64,000 bases of DNA from an uncultured Aestuariivita sp. Lineage in GTDB: Bacteria; Pseudomonadota; Alphaproteobacteria; Rhodobacterales; Rhodobacteraceae. Of the stretch, positions 9,490 to 19,358 are shown one piece after another. Made by a program: the position numbers and the translations under genes. The stretch covers positions 10,014 to 74,013 of the forward strand of contig CAYODE010000002.1 in assembly GCA_964402685.1 (NCBI GenBank), written 5' to 3'. Below the pieces are notes generated by a model. The model saw only the letters and a program-made list of their open reading frames with translations, made no database searches and was not told the DNA's origin. Within the stretch, counting starts at the first letter, position 1. Each line of letters begins with the position of its first letter.

Positions 9490-9694
9490 AGTCATGGGCG
9501 TCGGCGCGTGCAAGCGCACCCGGCTGATGAAAGGGCGGTGTTTTTCAATTAGAACCTGCCCCTGGCCCAGATCGCCTCTCGCGCAATTTTCAGCAGACAC
9601 CGCCGCGCAACAGTGAAATCACCCGAGACTTGTCCGGTTGGCACCATTTCTTTTATCCAATCGAAAGGGAGCAAGACGAAAAGGGTCAAACCGC

Positions 9695-10543
9695 ATGAAA
9701 CGTATCTATGATTTCAGTCGCAGCCCCGCGCAGCGGAACTATACCGTCGCGGATTTACGGGCACTGAAAGGGTCCGGTCGCACGCTTTCTATGGCAAACC
9801 CGGCAAACAACGATGAGCTCCGCGCCTGTGTCGAAGCCGGCATTGATTTGTTTGTTGTCGGCGCCGATCAAATGAAAGATGTCCGCGAAATTGCGCCAAC
9901 CCATTTCACAGGTGCAGGCTCCAGCTGGGCTCAATTCGGATCAGATGACGAAATTGTCGCGCACGCCTACGAAACGATGAGGGCTGGTGCGGACATGTAT
10001 TACACGCTGCGGTCCTTTGATGTGATGGAGCGTATGGCCAAAGACGGTATTCCCGTGCAAAGCCATATCGGCCTGATCCCGACTTTCAGCCATCATTGCG
10101 GCGGATTGCGCGGATGGGGTCGGACCGCAGATGAAGCGATGCAGATCTACACGACGCTCAAGCGCATGGAGGATGTTGGCGTCTTTGCCGTTGAGGCGGA
10201 ATGCATCGCAGAAGAAGTACTTGCGGCCGTGAATACAAAAACTTCTGTCGTGACCTTCTCCCTTGGTTCTGGGAATGCAGGTGACGCGATATTCTCTTTC
10301 GTGGCCGATATCTGCGGCGAAGCCAGCGAGGAAGAGAAGCCGCCGAAACACGCCTATGCGTTTGGCGATGTTGGCAGGTTACACAGGCAAATACATCAAG
10401 AACGCGTGGCCGCGCTTGGAACGTTTCACAAGGAAGTCTCTTCCAGAAAGTTTCCGTACCCGGAAACCAACATTGGCATGCAGAAGGGCGAACACGAACG
10501 GTTCTTGGAGGCGTTGGACAAATGGACACCCACGCATCATTGA
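9695..10543 (+). CDS. Divergent ketopantoate hydroxymethyltransferase (PanB)-like protein
   Basis: IPVQSHIGLIP, G+G-R-T, GVFAVEAEC, LGSG..GD, DICG and PKHA...FP resemble the PanB C-terminal half. The N-terminal LVGDS motif is replaced by VVGAD. Confidence 0.75.
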   Translation: MKRIYDFSRSPAQRNYTVADLRALKGSGRTLSMANPANNDELRACVEAGIDLFVVGADQMKDVREIAPTHFTGAGSSWAQFGSDDEIVAHAYETMRAGADMYYTLRSFDVMERMAKDGIPVQSHIGLIPTFSHHCGGLRGWGRTADEAMQIYTTLKRMEDVGVFAVEAECIAEEVLAAVNTKTSVVTFSLGSGNAGDAIFSFVADICGEASEEEKPPKHAYAFGDVGRLHRQIHQERVAALGTFHKEVSSRKFPYPETNIGMQKGEHERFLEALDKWTPTHH

Positions 10544-10611
10544 ACTGCAGCCTGGTGTTTTCCAAAGAACGGTCATGAGCTAACCTGCCTTACGGCGAAC
10601 GGGAGGACCGG

Positions 10612-11436
10612 ATGGACATAAGACCACTCACCGGCGGATTGGGTGCCGAAATTTTCGGAGCCGATGTCAAAGACTCTGTGCAATTCACGGAAATCTATGC
10701 GGCATTTGCTAAGCATTCCGTCATCGTTCTGAGGGATCAAAGCGCGAGGCCGGAAGATCACCTCGAATTCGCCCGCCGCTTTGGCCCGATCAATGTGAAC
10801 CGTTTCTTCAAGCCTGTCGACGGGCATCCAGAAATAGCGACCGTTCTGAAGGAAAAGGATCAGAAAGAGGCCGTAGGCGAAGGCTGGCATACCGATCACT
10901 CATATGATGAGATCCCTGCCATGGGGTCGATCCTTCATGCTATTGAAATGCCACCCTATGGCGGAGATACGTTGTTTGTGTCGATGGCCGCAGCCTATGA
11001 AGCTTTGTCAGACCCCATGCGCCAATTTCTTGACGGATTAATCGCGGTGCATTCGTCTCGACACGTGTTTGGCGCGGAAACGAAAGACAGCGAAGCTGCA
11101 AAGAGCGGGAGACTGGGAAATACAGAGGCAGCTACGCAGGATGCCCGCCACCCGATGGTCATCACACATCCGCTAAGCGGTCGGCGTGGATTATTTGTGA
11201 ACCCCGTTTTCACAACACACATCGAAGGCCTCGGCGCCGCAGAGTCCGCGGCTATCTTGTCGATGCTTTACGAACACTGCCAGCAACCAGAATTCCAGTG
11301 TCGTGTGCGCTGGAAAGAGGGTGACATTACCATGTGGGACAATAGAGCGACATGGCACAAAGCGATCAATGATTACCATGGTTTTCGCCGTCTGATGCAC
11401 CGGGTTACGGTCGAAGGCGTCAGCCTATCCAATTGA
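10612..11436 (+). CDS. TauD/TfdA family Fe(II)/2-oxoglutarate dioxygenase
   Basis: WHTD (HxD), GGDTLF, HP.V..HP.SGRR.LFVN, WDNRATWH and MHRVT motifs. Confidence 0.94.
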   Translation: MDIRPLTGGLGAEIFGADVKDSVQFTEIYAAFAKHSVIVLRDQSARPEDHLEFARRFGPINVNRFFKPVDGHPEIATVLKEKDQKEAVGEGWHTDHSYDEIPAMGSILHAIEMPPYGGDTLFVSMAAAYEALSDPMRQFLDGLIAVHSSRHVFGAETKDSEAAKSGRLGNTEAATQDARHPMVITHPLSGRRGLFVNPVFTTHIEGLGAAESAAILSMLYEHCQQPEFQCRVRWKEGDITMWDNRATWHKAINDYHGFRRLMHRVTVEGVSLSN

Positions 11437-11555
11437 GCTCCAGCGATGGGTCCGAAAGATCCTGCGCACTGTAGGACTTTCGTTCATAATGAAGCATCTT
11501 GGACGGTTGTAGACCTGAAGGGCCAAATCCACTGCCGATAAAGTGTCTGACTTGG

Positions 11556-11777
11556 TCAGGCGCGGCCCACACCACCGCATGAATAGCACTTTGTCATTTT
11601 GTTGCCAAAACAAGCAGAGCACCGGTCATACTGTGGGTTTCCGCGAATGTCCCGCTTTCTCATCACCTGCCCCGTTCCGCCGCAAAATTGGCAAGGAACT
11701 CGTCCGGTGCCCCTGCACCGAGCGCATTGCCGCAAGACCGGAACTTGCGAATTCCTTTTTTGGCGCGTGCTATACAT
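11556..11777 (-). CDS. Stand-alone DnaJ-type CxxCxGxG zinc-finger microprotein
   Basis: Four repeats CARCRGTG, CQFCGGTG, CSACFGNK and CYSCGGVG in about 73 aa; GAGCAGG upstream of the start. Confidence 0.7.
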   Translation of the reverse strand: MYSTRQKRNSQVPVLRQCARCRGTGRVPCQFCGGTGQVMRKRDIRGNPQYDRCSACFGNKMTKCYSCGGVGRA

Positions 11778-12223
11778 CAAATGCCTGCTCTATTTCCTGA
11801 GCCATGGGTAAACCCCATTTTGGGCATCAATTGGGCGTGTATCGGGCCCTTTGCGACAACCCAAAGCCTCATCAAACTTAAGAAACCGCGAACAAGCGCG
11901 TTTTTTTGTTGGTTGCGACGCAACTGGAGATCACTCCATTTGGCGAGGACTAGGTCTATAAGAACGCCAGTTTTCTCTCGACCGCACGGTCGTTCGAAGA
12001 TCGATCACTTGCACCGCGCGACGCGATTGGCTTTGGCAAACAGCTCCGACCATCTCAGTATCGAAAAAATGACCGCCGGTGAGCGCGTTTCAGTGTACTA
12101 ATAGCATCACAAATGGTGCGCGCAGGTCGGAACAGATTGGAAACAGTGTGTTTGCAAGGATTGTCTTGACCATTCGTGACGCGGTTCGGCATGGGTAAAA
12201 GCAGCGCAATAAGGGGTTTTGTT

Positions 12224-12715
12224 ATGTTTAGAGTTAAATGCGCAAGTGCGTTGTCGGTTCTTTTAACGTTGTGTACTGGCGGTTCAGCATTTGCTGATGA
12301 CCTTCCCGTTGGCGCGCGTGCGCCGAGCGCGGGTCAGGTCGCGTCCTTCTATGCGGGCAAAACAGATATCTGGGACGCGAACTGTGGAGGCGGCATCTAC
12401 TATTCATCAAATGGTAACGCGAGCGCGTGGTGTGGGGAAAACCCAGACAACGTCGGCGCCGGTCCCTGGACGGTGAAAAGTGATGGGCGACTATGCACAG
12501 AGCTGAATTGGTTTTGGCCCAACCCCGCCGGAGGCGCGGGATCAAGCTCTGGTGGAACAAGCTGTATATTGCACGTATCTGACCCTCTGGGCGGACTCTG
12601 GCGCAGCTGGGACGGAAAAGAATGGTGGCGGATGAAGCCCAGCACATCAGGCCTCAAGCCCGGTTATGTGTTTCGCGGCGAAGTAGACCGGACGCGCGGA
12701 CGCTTAGGCTTGTAA
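12224..12715 (+). CDS. Secreted DUF995-like protein
   Basis: Signal peptide ending AFA; Y.GKT..W, G.W.V..DGRLC....W and LKPG pattern. Sits upstream of GT2 and DUF3131 genes. Confidence 0.7.
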   Translation: MFRVKCASALSVLLTLCTGGSAFADDLPVGARAPSAGQVASFYAGKTDIWDANCGGGIYYSSNGNASAWCGENPDNVGAGPWTVKSDGRLCTELNWFWPNPAGGAGSSSGGTSCILHVSDPLGGLWRSWDGKEWWRMKPSTSGLKPGYVFRGEVDRTRGRLGL

Positions 12716-12760
12716 GCGACCTCCCTTACTGTTCGCTCTCTCTCACCATGGATTAGCACC

Positions 12761-12788
12761 AAAAGGCTACCTGTTCGGGTGGCCTTTT
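12761..12788 (+). terminator. Intrinsic terminator (possibly bidirectional)
   Basis: AAAAGGCTACC-TGTTCG-GGTGGCCTTTT followed by a U-rich tail. Confidence 0.75.
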
Positions 12789-13269
12789 CTCGTTTTGGTC
12801 GTATTCAAATTTTCATTGGGAAACAGTTCTCCGCAGATAGGCGGCGAATACATCAGATCGTCGCGATGAACTTACAGAGCGGGAGTCCTGTAACGACGAA
12901 TCGACGGAACACCTGCCTCATTGCCGCCACCTTTGTTCGAGCGATTGTTGTTGACGGGAAAACAAACCACGGAAAACCCCAATATTGACGGCATTGTGAG
13001 GGAGAATCTTGCGTTCTTTGCGGTTAGCGCTGGAACCAAGGCAGAATTTCGGCAAATGTTTGGCACAACAGACATGCAGTGTTCGGTGCGGCCTGGGGCA
13101 AATTTGTAGCCCGCACCGAATGTAGGGTGGGGGCCTTACACCAGCGGTTGATTGCCAAATTGACCGTTTAGATTTGGAAACGGACGCTCTTGGATCTGTG
13201 TCAGCCAAATTCATCGTCGAATAGACGATGCGTCATGCAGCATGAGGCGCCTTTCGGGCGGCTTTTGCC

Positions 13270-16200
13270 ATGGCGTTAAGGCGTTTCGAATTCCATGTGG
13301 ACCGTCTTCCAACAGGGCGAGAGACGGTTAAGGTGTTTGCCGATCCTCGCAAGCAGCGCGGCAAACGTCTCCTTCGTAACATCAGGCTGTGCGTTGCTTT
13401 GCTTTTTGCGTGGCTCGCTGCCTTTATTGTCAGTGTTAATCCAGTCAACCAAGCGCCGGGAACTCCGCCCGTTAAAACCGCTGCGACGTATGCCGAAAAA
13501 CGGGTCTTGATTTCAGGTGGCGCTCCGGAAGGCGGTGCTCTCGCGCTTGAGGATGCAAACACCTGCGCATCAGACACACCACCAGCTTTTGCAGCGATGG
13601 CAGAAACATCGGTTCCACAACGGGTGTTCGCCCACGTGCCCATTTCACTGGACTGGGCACATCTCTCGGTCCGTCGCAGCTGTGGTGCGATAGACGTGCT
13701 GGTACCTGACTGGATTACTATCGCCGAGACAACAGACGGAGTTCGCGTCGATGTTGCCAGCGCCGACACTCGTTCCCCGTTGCGGGGAGAAGTCTTAAAA
13801 AGCGGTCGGTCCGTCGAACTGATGCCGCGTGTGCAATTCAAACTGTTGCCCATCACGTCCAAGTTGGACGCAAAAATCAACGACCCGAGGAACATTGCGA
13901 CCTTGGAGTCTGACCTCACCGCTGCTTTGACATTGATCGAAGCAGAGGGGGCTTGTTTGGATCTGAGCCAACTTCCAGAAAAATCCGTAGATTTCGCTCA
14001 GACCCTTGTCGGTACTGTTCAGAAACTGCTTACACAAAACGAACTGCAATCCTGCGTCATCCTCGGCTGGGATGACGAAGCATGGTTGCAGCAGCAAGCG
14101 ACAGGTTTCTTCGACCACGTCATTTTGAAGGCGTTCTACGAACCGTGGGTCGGATCAGCCCCAAGACCGCTTTCTGAGGACACCTGGTTCGCAGATCTGA
14201 TCACGCAGGCCCGCACCAAAGTGGACCCATCCAAATTGGTCATAGCGCTGGGCAATTTCGCTGCGAATTGGGAGGCAGGTGTGCCGCTGCCCACAAGGCT
14301 TCCATACGCTGAAGGCATGGCGCTTGTTGCCGAAACCGGCGCAGCGCTGAATTTCAGCCCCGAAACCTCTGGCAGTTTCGCGACGTTTGCATCGGACAAT
14401 GGGGCACGCCAAACTCTATGGATGCTGGATGCCGCATCCGCATACAATCAATTGAAAGAACTGGAAGCTCAAAACGTCCGCAATCTCGCTGTGTGGTCTT
14501 TGGGCCTTGAAGATCCCGGGATCTGGCCAGTGTTGAAATCGCGCCGGGATTTCGCGGTTCTGAACTCATCGCAGCTCAGGACGGTCTCCTTATCAGATTA
14601 TGTTCGCTACACGGGTGCTGGTGCCGCACTTCGGATTCGGAATGCGCCTGAGCTTGGGATACGCGAATTCGAAATTGACTCCGAAAACGGGAAGATCATC
14701 GCCCAAACCTTCGTCAGCTATCCGCGCCCATACACGATCCAAAGATATGGTGAGACCAAACCGAATGAGTTGATCCTGACTTTTGATGATGGACCGCACG
14801 CGGACTATACCCGCCGGATCCTGGACACTCTGAAAGAAACAGAAACACCAGCTGCCTTCTTTGTGCTGGGTCGGAGTGTGATGTCCGAACCGGAGCTGCT
14901 CGAAAGAATATACAACGAAGGGCACGAAATTGGGGCGCACACCTTCTCGCACCCCCGCATGGATCAGATCTCAGATGCGCGCACGACGCTAGAGCACGAT
15001 CTGACCGATCGCATTATCGCAAGCGCCGTTGGACGGAGCACTGTTCTCTATCGCGAACCTTTCCTGCGCAGCGGCGGCCCCATCAGTGCCGACAGGGTCC
15101 CGCCGTTAGAAGTTGTGCAAGCAAACGGTTCGATGATTTTTGGAATGGATGTCGTCCCAAAAGACTGGACCGGACTGACCAGCGATGAAATCGCGGCCTA
15201 CGTTATCAGCGAAGTCGTCAGCGGGAACGGCAATGTCATATTGCTGCACGATGGGGGCGAAGACCGCGAAGCGTCGGTTGAGGCACTGCCAGTTATTATT
15301 TCTGAACTCAAGCGGCTGGGCTACGAATTCACCACAGTTGCGGATGCCATTGGAATGACACGGGACGAGCTGATGCCACCCGCTGACGGGTTCCTTCCTG
15401 CCTTCGACAAGGTGTCGTTCACCTTTGCGTCCGGCACAGTGAACGTCATGCTGGCTACATTCTGGATCGTTTTGAGCATCGGGCTTGCCCGTGCGTCCGT
15501 TATGTTCCTGCTTGCCTTGTCGCGCCGTCGGCACAAAGTGCTGCCGTCCCGTCCAGAACCAAAAGTTGCGGTCATTATCCCGGCTTTTGAAGAGCAAGAC
15601 ACGATAGCCAACTGCATCGAAAGTGTCTTGGCCAGCCGTTACCGGAACTTGGAAATTGTGGTCGTCAACGACGGCTCCATGGACAACACGCTGAACGAGA
15701 TATTGAAGTTCAAGCATAAGCCAAACGTGCGCGTGATTATTCAACCTAATCAGGGCAAATGGGCCGCCCTGAATCGCGCTTTGATCGGCACTGACGCAGA
15801 CATAGCCGTGTGCATCGACGCCGACACGCAAATGGAAGCCGATGCAGTTGAACAGCTTGTTCAGCATTTTGCAGATCCCAAAATCGGGGCTGTCGCGGGC
15901 AAAGTGACGGTTGGCAACAAAACCAACCTGCTCACGCGTCTGCAAGCGCTGGAATATGTGGTCGCTCAGAACTTCGAGCGGCTGGCCTTTGACTCGATCA
16001 ACGGCATTCTGGTTGTGCCTGGCGCGCTGGGCGCCTGGCGCGTTTCGGCACTGAAAAAGGCTGGACTCTTTTGTGACGACACGCTGACCGAAGACTCGGA
16101 TTTAACGATGGCGATCAATCGTGCGGGTTACAGGATCGTCTATGAAGAACGTGCGGTGGCCCAGACCGAAGCACCGGAGGGACTACGTGGGCTAATGACG

Positions 16201-16680
16201 CAACGCCTCCGCTGGTCACTGGGCATGGTTCAGGCCGCATGGAAGCACAAGGTCGCCATTCGCGAAGGTCGCGCTATTGGGCTTGTTTCGATCCCGGACA
16301 TGTTCATTTTTGGCTACCTCTTCCCTCTTCTCGCGCCAATTGCCGATTTGTTGGTTTTGCTCTTGGCGTACAACTATCTAAGCGGCAGTTGGGCCGGGGA
16401 TGTGGGCGCACAGTCGCATATGATTCCACCCAATCTGATTTGGGCGTATCTGGCGCTGCCCATGGTTGAGTTTGCCGTTGCTGCGTTTGCGGTATTCAAA
16501 GACAAGCAGGCGCCAAAATCGATGCTCCTGCTTTGGCCGGTGCAGCGGTTACTCTATCGGCCTTTGCTTTATCTCTCGGTGTATCGCGCAATCTTGCGCG
16601 CCGCGTCCGGTAGCCTGGCAGCATGGGGGCAGTCCAAGCGCAAAGGTCACGATTTCTTGTTGTTGGAGAAAACCGTATGA
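13270..16680 (+). CDS. Three-domain polysaccharide synthase: degenerate GH18-like, CE4 deacetylase and processive GT2 (PgaC/IcaA-like)
   Basis: CE4 motifs TFDDGP, HTFSH, DW and LLHDGG; GT2 motifs VNDGS.D, GK..ALN, IDAD, TED and QRLRW with C-terminal TMs. The N-terminal GH18-like barrel (P.W, W.LD, WSLG.ED) has ACLDLSQ in place of DxDxE. Confidence 0.9.
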   Translation: MALRRFEFHVDRLPTGRETVKVFADPRKQRGKRLLRNIRLCVALLFAWLAAFIVSVNPVNQAPGTPPVKTAATYAEKRVLISGGAPEGGALALEDANTCASDTPPAFAAMAETSVPQRVFAHVPISLDWAHLSVRRSCGAIDVLVPDWITIAETTDGVRVDVASADTRSPLRGEVLKSGRSVELMPRVQFKLLPITSKLDAKINDPRNIATLESDLTAALTLIEAEGACLDLSQLPEKSVDFAQTLVGTVQKLLTQNELQSCVILGWDDEAWLQQQATGFFDHVILKAFYEPWVGSAPRPLSEDTWFADLITQARTKVDPSKLVIALGNFAANWEAGVPLPTRLPYAEGMALVAETGAALNFSPETSGSFATFASDNGARQTLWMLDAASAYNQLKELEAQNVRNLAVWSLGLEDPGIWPVLKSRRDFAVLNSSQLRTVSLSDYVRYTGAGAALRIRNAPELGIREFEIDSENGKIIAQTFVSYPRPYTIQRYGETKPNELILTFDDGPHADYTRRILDTLKETETPAAFFVLGRSVMSEPELLERIYNEGHEIGAHTFSHPRMDQISDARTTLEHDLTDRIIASAVGRSTVLYREPFLRSGGPISADRVPPLEVVQANGSMIFGMDVVPKDWTGLTSDEIAAYVISEVVSGNGNVILLHDGGEDREASVEALPVIISELKRLGYEFTTVADAIGMTRDELMPPADGFLPAFDKVSFTFASGTVNVMLATFWIVLSIGLARASVMFLLALSRRRHKVLPSRPEPKVAVIIPAFEEQDTIANCIESVLASRYRNLEIVVVNDGSMDNTLNEILKFKHKPNVRVIIQPNQGKWAALNRALIGTDADIAVCIDADTQMEADAVEQLVQHFADPKIGAVAGKVTVGNKTNLLTRLQALEYVVAQNFERLAFDSINGILVVPGALGAWRVSALKKAGLFCDDTLTEDSDLTMAINRAGYRIVYEERAVAQTEAPEGLRGLMTQRLRWSLGMVQAAWKHKVAIREGRAIGLVSIPDMFIFGYLFPLLAPIADLLVLLLAYNYLSGSWAGDVGAQSHMIPPNLIWAYLALPMVEFAVAAFAVFKDKQAPKSMLLLWPVQRLLYRPLLYLSVYRAILRAASGSLAAWGQSKRKGHDFLLLEKTV

Positions 16681-19244
16681 AGCGTCGGTCATTCTTGCTG
16701 GGTGGGGCATCCCTTCTGTGTGTGCGGCCAACATTTGTCAGCGCTCAGGTGCCATTCTTTAGCACGCGGGTGACATGCGTCGTTGTCACCGATGTAACAG
16801 CTGATTGTTCGATCCCGCATGTGGTCGCGCTTTTTGATGCGTTGGTCGACAAGGGAGTACCGTTCACATGCGTGGTCGATCCGCACGCAGTGGATGGCAA
16901 ACCGCTACCGTCACAGCATCCGCTCGCGCAGCTCCTGACCGCCTACGCCTATTTGGGAGAACGCATCGAAGTCGCGGCCTACGCCCGGGACTTGCCCCAG
17001 CAAAAAGAATATTTCCAGAGCCGGAGCGTGCGAGACGCGAACCAAGCGTTGCGTGACGTCATTACTGGTTATCGGAACGGAGATGTTCGGCAGACACTTC
17101 TTCGTACGGTCGCGCATGAAGAAGCCATATCTCCAGAAGAACCAACGGGCGTCAGGTCTGCTGGCGTTTCCACGGTCATATCCGTTCCGAAAGCGGATAC
17201 GCCGGTCAGATCCGAGCGTTGGAGTAATGGGGTGGTACGTTTGTTCGGTGGATCTCGTATCAACCTCGCCACTTATTCCAAGGCGGACATCGCCGCACCG
17301 TCAGCTGTCACGCAATCGATTTACTACCTGTCGGTGAAAGACGCAGCGTCGCTTGCACCCGAACAAGTTGCCGAGGCATGCGAAGCCTTTTCAAACGATC
17401 TGCTCCAGTCCGAACTGTCAGGACAAAACTCCCTTCAGCGCGTGTCCGATGTTCTCCTCCGAGATGATTTTGCATTTTCCCGTTTTCTGTCGGTTCACTT
17501 GGTTCGCCCCGATCAGGATGACGTCGGCGCACAAAGGCTGATCACTCAGTTCCAAACCGACTTGGCCGAAGTAGGCATCCAATCGACAATCGGAGACTTG
17601 CCTGACCTTGTTGGCGATGGATCACCGCAAGCCTATTGGCTGCCGATTTCAGAGGCCAACCGCGACCTGCAGGATCCTGAACCTGAGCAGGTTCTTGCAA
17701 CGGTTATAGAGGACATGAGCATTGGGTATTTGCCACGTTCAGATCAACGCTCGGACGCGTTGCCCGCTGGGAGCCCGCTGCGGTTTGTCGACCTGAACAG
17801 CGACGCGCCTGGGGTGAATGCAGATGGCGCGCTCTGTCTTCCTTGTTTGGACGTTGTAAATGCTGACATTGCTTCAGAGGTTCATCGGTATCTTCGGCAC
17901 ACAAACGACGTGGTGCTGTCGGTACACGCTGAAGCTCTCAAAAAACCGTTTGTGCGACATGCCCTCAAATCAGATTTGCTGTCGCTGGCCAGTAACGGGG
18001 TCACCAAGATTGTACCCGTCGTTGAACTGGGACGTTTCATAGCGCCGCGCAGCGCGGAGTTGTCGCGCCATCGGAAAACGACCGCATTGGCGCCATATGT
18101 AAACGCGAAGCCACAGGAAAAGACCGACAAAGATCGGATGCTCTTGCTCGAGGACGCGAGGATCGCCTGGTCGTATTTCGAAAACTACACGATTGACGCC
18201 ACCGGACTGTGCCCAGCGACTGTGAATTTTTCCGCGACAGATGGCCGAAAACACCCCACGGTGACCATGTGGGACGTCGGCAGCCACGTAAACGCGTTGG
18301 TTGCAGCATCGCAATTGGGTCTTGTCTCCCAAGATAAATTTGACCGGAACATCTCGCAAATTCTTCGGCAAGTGCGCGGACGCGAAACGCAAGATCGCCT
18401 GCTGCCGCAAGGCTGGCTGCGCGTTGATCGCCAAAAATGGGGCAACCGGGATTTTGATGGGAGTGATGCAGGCCGCCTGCTCGCATCCTTGGAGAACCTG
18501 CGCCGGTTTGCGGGCCTCGACGATCAACTTGAGGCCCTCGTCGGCTCATGGGACTTGGATAAGATTATCATCGATGGAGAGGTAAACTCTGTCATCGATG
18601 GAAATCTCGTATCCGCATATCGCTCTCATAGCGCGCACTATTCGGCTCGCGCATTCCGCGCGTGGGGTTTGGACGTCAGATCACCCTATGAGGTAACCGA
18701 AGGCTTGTCTCGCTATGATGCGCAAATGGCGGTTATTGAAGCTGCGTCTTGGATCGGTCCCATCGGTGCGGAACCTTTGCTTTTGGAAGCAATGGAACTG
18801 GGGATGTCCGAGCAAAGCAGCTACCTGGCGGAAGTGCTTTTTGCCGCGCAGTTCGAAGAGTTTCAGGAAACCGGTAGGGTCATTGCCGTTTCCGAGGGCC
18901 CAATCGACGTTGAACCTTGGTTTACTTATCAAGGGTTGCAGCTGGATGCAGCAAACCGGACCTGGGCCTTGGACACGGTTGGGCATGATGAACAGTATAT
19001 GACGCCCGCGTTCTGGGATAAGCATCTTGTCGTCAGTACTAAAGCGGCGTTTCTGTGGAACGCATACAAGCCCGTCGAGCATTCTCAGCGGGTGTTGGAG
19101 GAAGTCAGGCAGAAGACGCGCACCAATGTTGGCTTCGCATCAAGCACCTTTGATCATGATGGACGCGTGACGGCCACCTATACCGACATCAACACGAACG
19201 CGGTGATCCTGCAGTCGATCGCCCACATGTTGGCTGGAACTTAG
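16677..19244 (+). CDS. Tat-exported DUF3131-domain protein with a long deacetylase-like N-terminal extension
   Basis: MKRRSFLLGG Tat motif; ATGA overlap with the GT2 stop. C-terminal A..AW.YF...TGL...TMWDVGS...D.GRLL..L...AVSEG...PWF.Y...STKAAF...NTNAVIL pattern. Confidence 0.8.
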   Translation: MKRRSFLLGGASLLCVRPTFVSAQVPFFSTRVTCVVVTDVTADCSIPHVVALFDALVDKGVPFTCVVDPHAVDGKPLPSQHPLAQLLTAYAYLGERIEVAAYARDLPQQKEYFQSRSVRDANQALRDVITGYRNGDVRQTLLRTVAHEEAISPEEPTGVRSAGVSTVISVPKADTPVRSERWSNGVVRLFGGSRINLATYSKADIAAPSAVTQSIYYLSVKDAASLAPEQVAEACEAFSNDLLQSELSGQNSLQRVSDVLLRDDFAFSRFLSVHLVRPDQDDVGAQRLITQFQTDLAEVGIQSTIGDLPDLVGDGSPQAYWLPISEANRDLQDPEPEQVLATVIEDMSIGYLPRSDQRSDALPAGSPLRFVDLNSDAPGVNADGALCLPCLDVVNADIASEVHRYLRHTNDVVLSVHAEALKKPFVRHALKSDLLSLASNGVTKIVPVVELGRFIAPRSAELSRHRKTTALAPYVNAKPQEKTDKDRMLLLEDARIAWSYFENYTIDATGLCPATVNFSATDGRKHPTVTMWDVGSHVNALVAASQLGLVSQDKFDRNISQILRQVRGRETQDRLLPQGWLRVDRQKWGNRDFDGSDAGRLLASLENLRRFAGLDDQLEALVGSWDLDKIIIDGEVNSVIDGNLVSAYRSHSAHYSARAFRAWGLDVRSPYEVTEGLSRYDAQMAVIEAASWIGPIGAEPLLLEAMELGMSEQSSYLAEVLFAAQFEEFQETGRVIAVSEGPIDVEPWFTYQGLQLDAANRTWALDTVGHDEQYMTPAFWDKHLVVSTKAAFLWNAYKPVEHSQRVLEEVRQKTRTNVGFASSTFDHDGRVTATYTDINTNAVILQSIAHMLAGT

Positions 19245-19358
19245 CGCGACATCTATCCAGCAGTTGTGCTGAATTCCACTGAGCACACTCCGGTGATGTC
19301 AGTCTCATACGCCAAAAATACATAGCGTTAGCAGACATACTTATTGCACGAGCATCAT

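Noticed and set aside
13121-13140. GTAGGGTGGG resembling the start of a REP element
   Set aside because: I found only one copy in the window, the usual REP palindrome is absent, and there is no RAYT gene.
12779-13214. Several short ORFs between the DUF995-like gene and the GT2 gene
   Set aside because: No clear SD, no recognisable family, and they overlap each other in conflicting frames.
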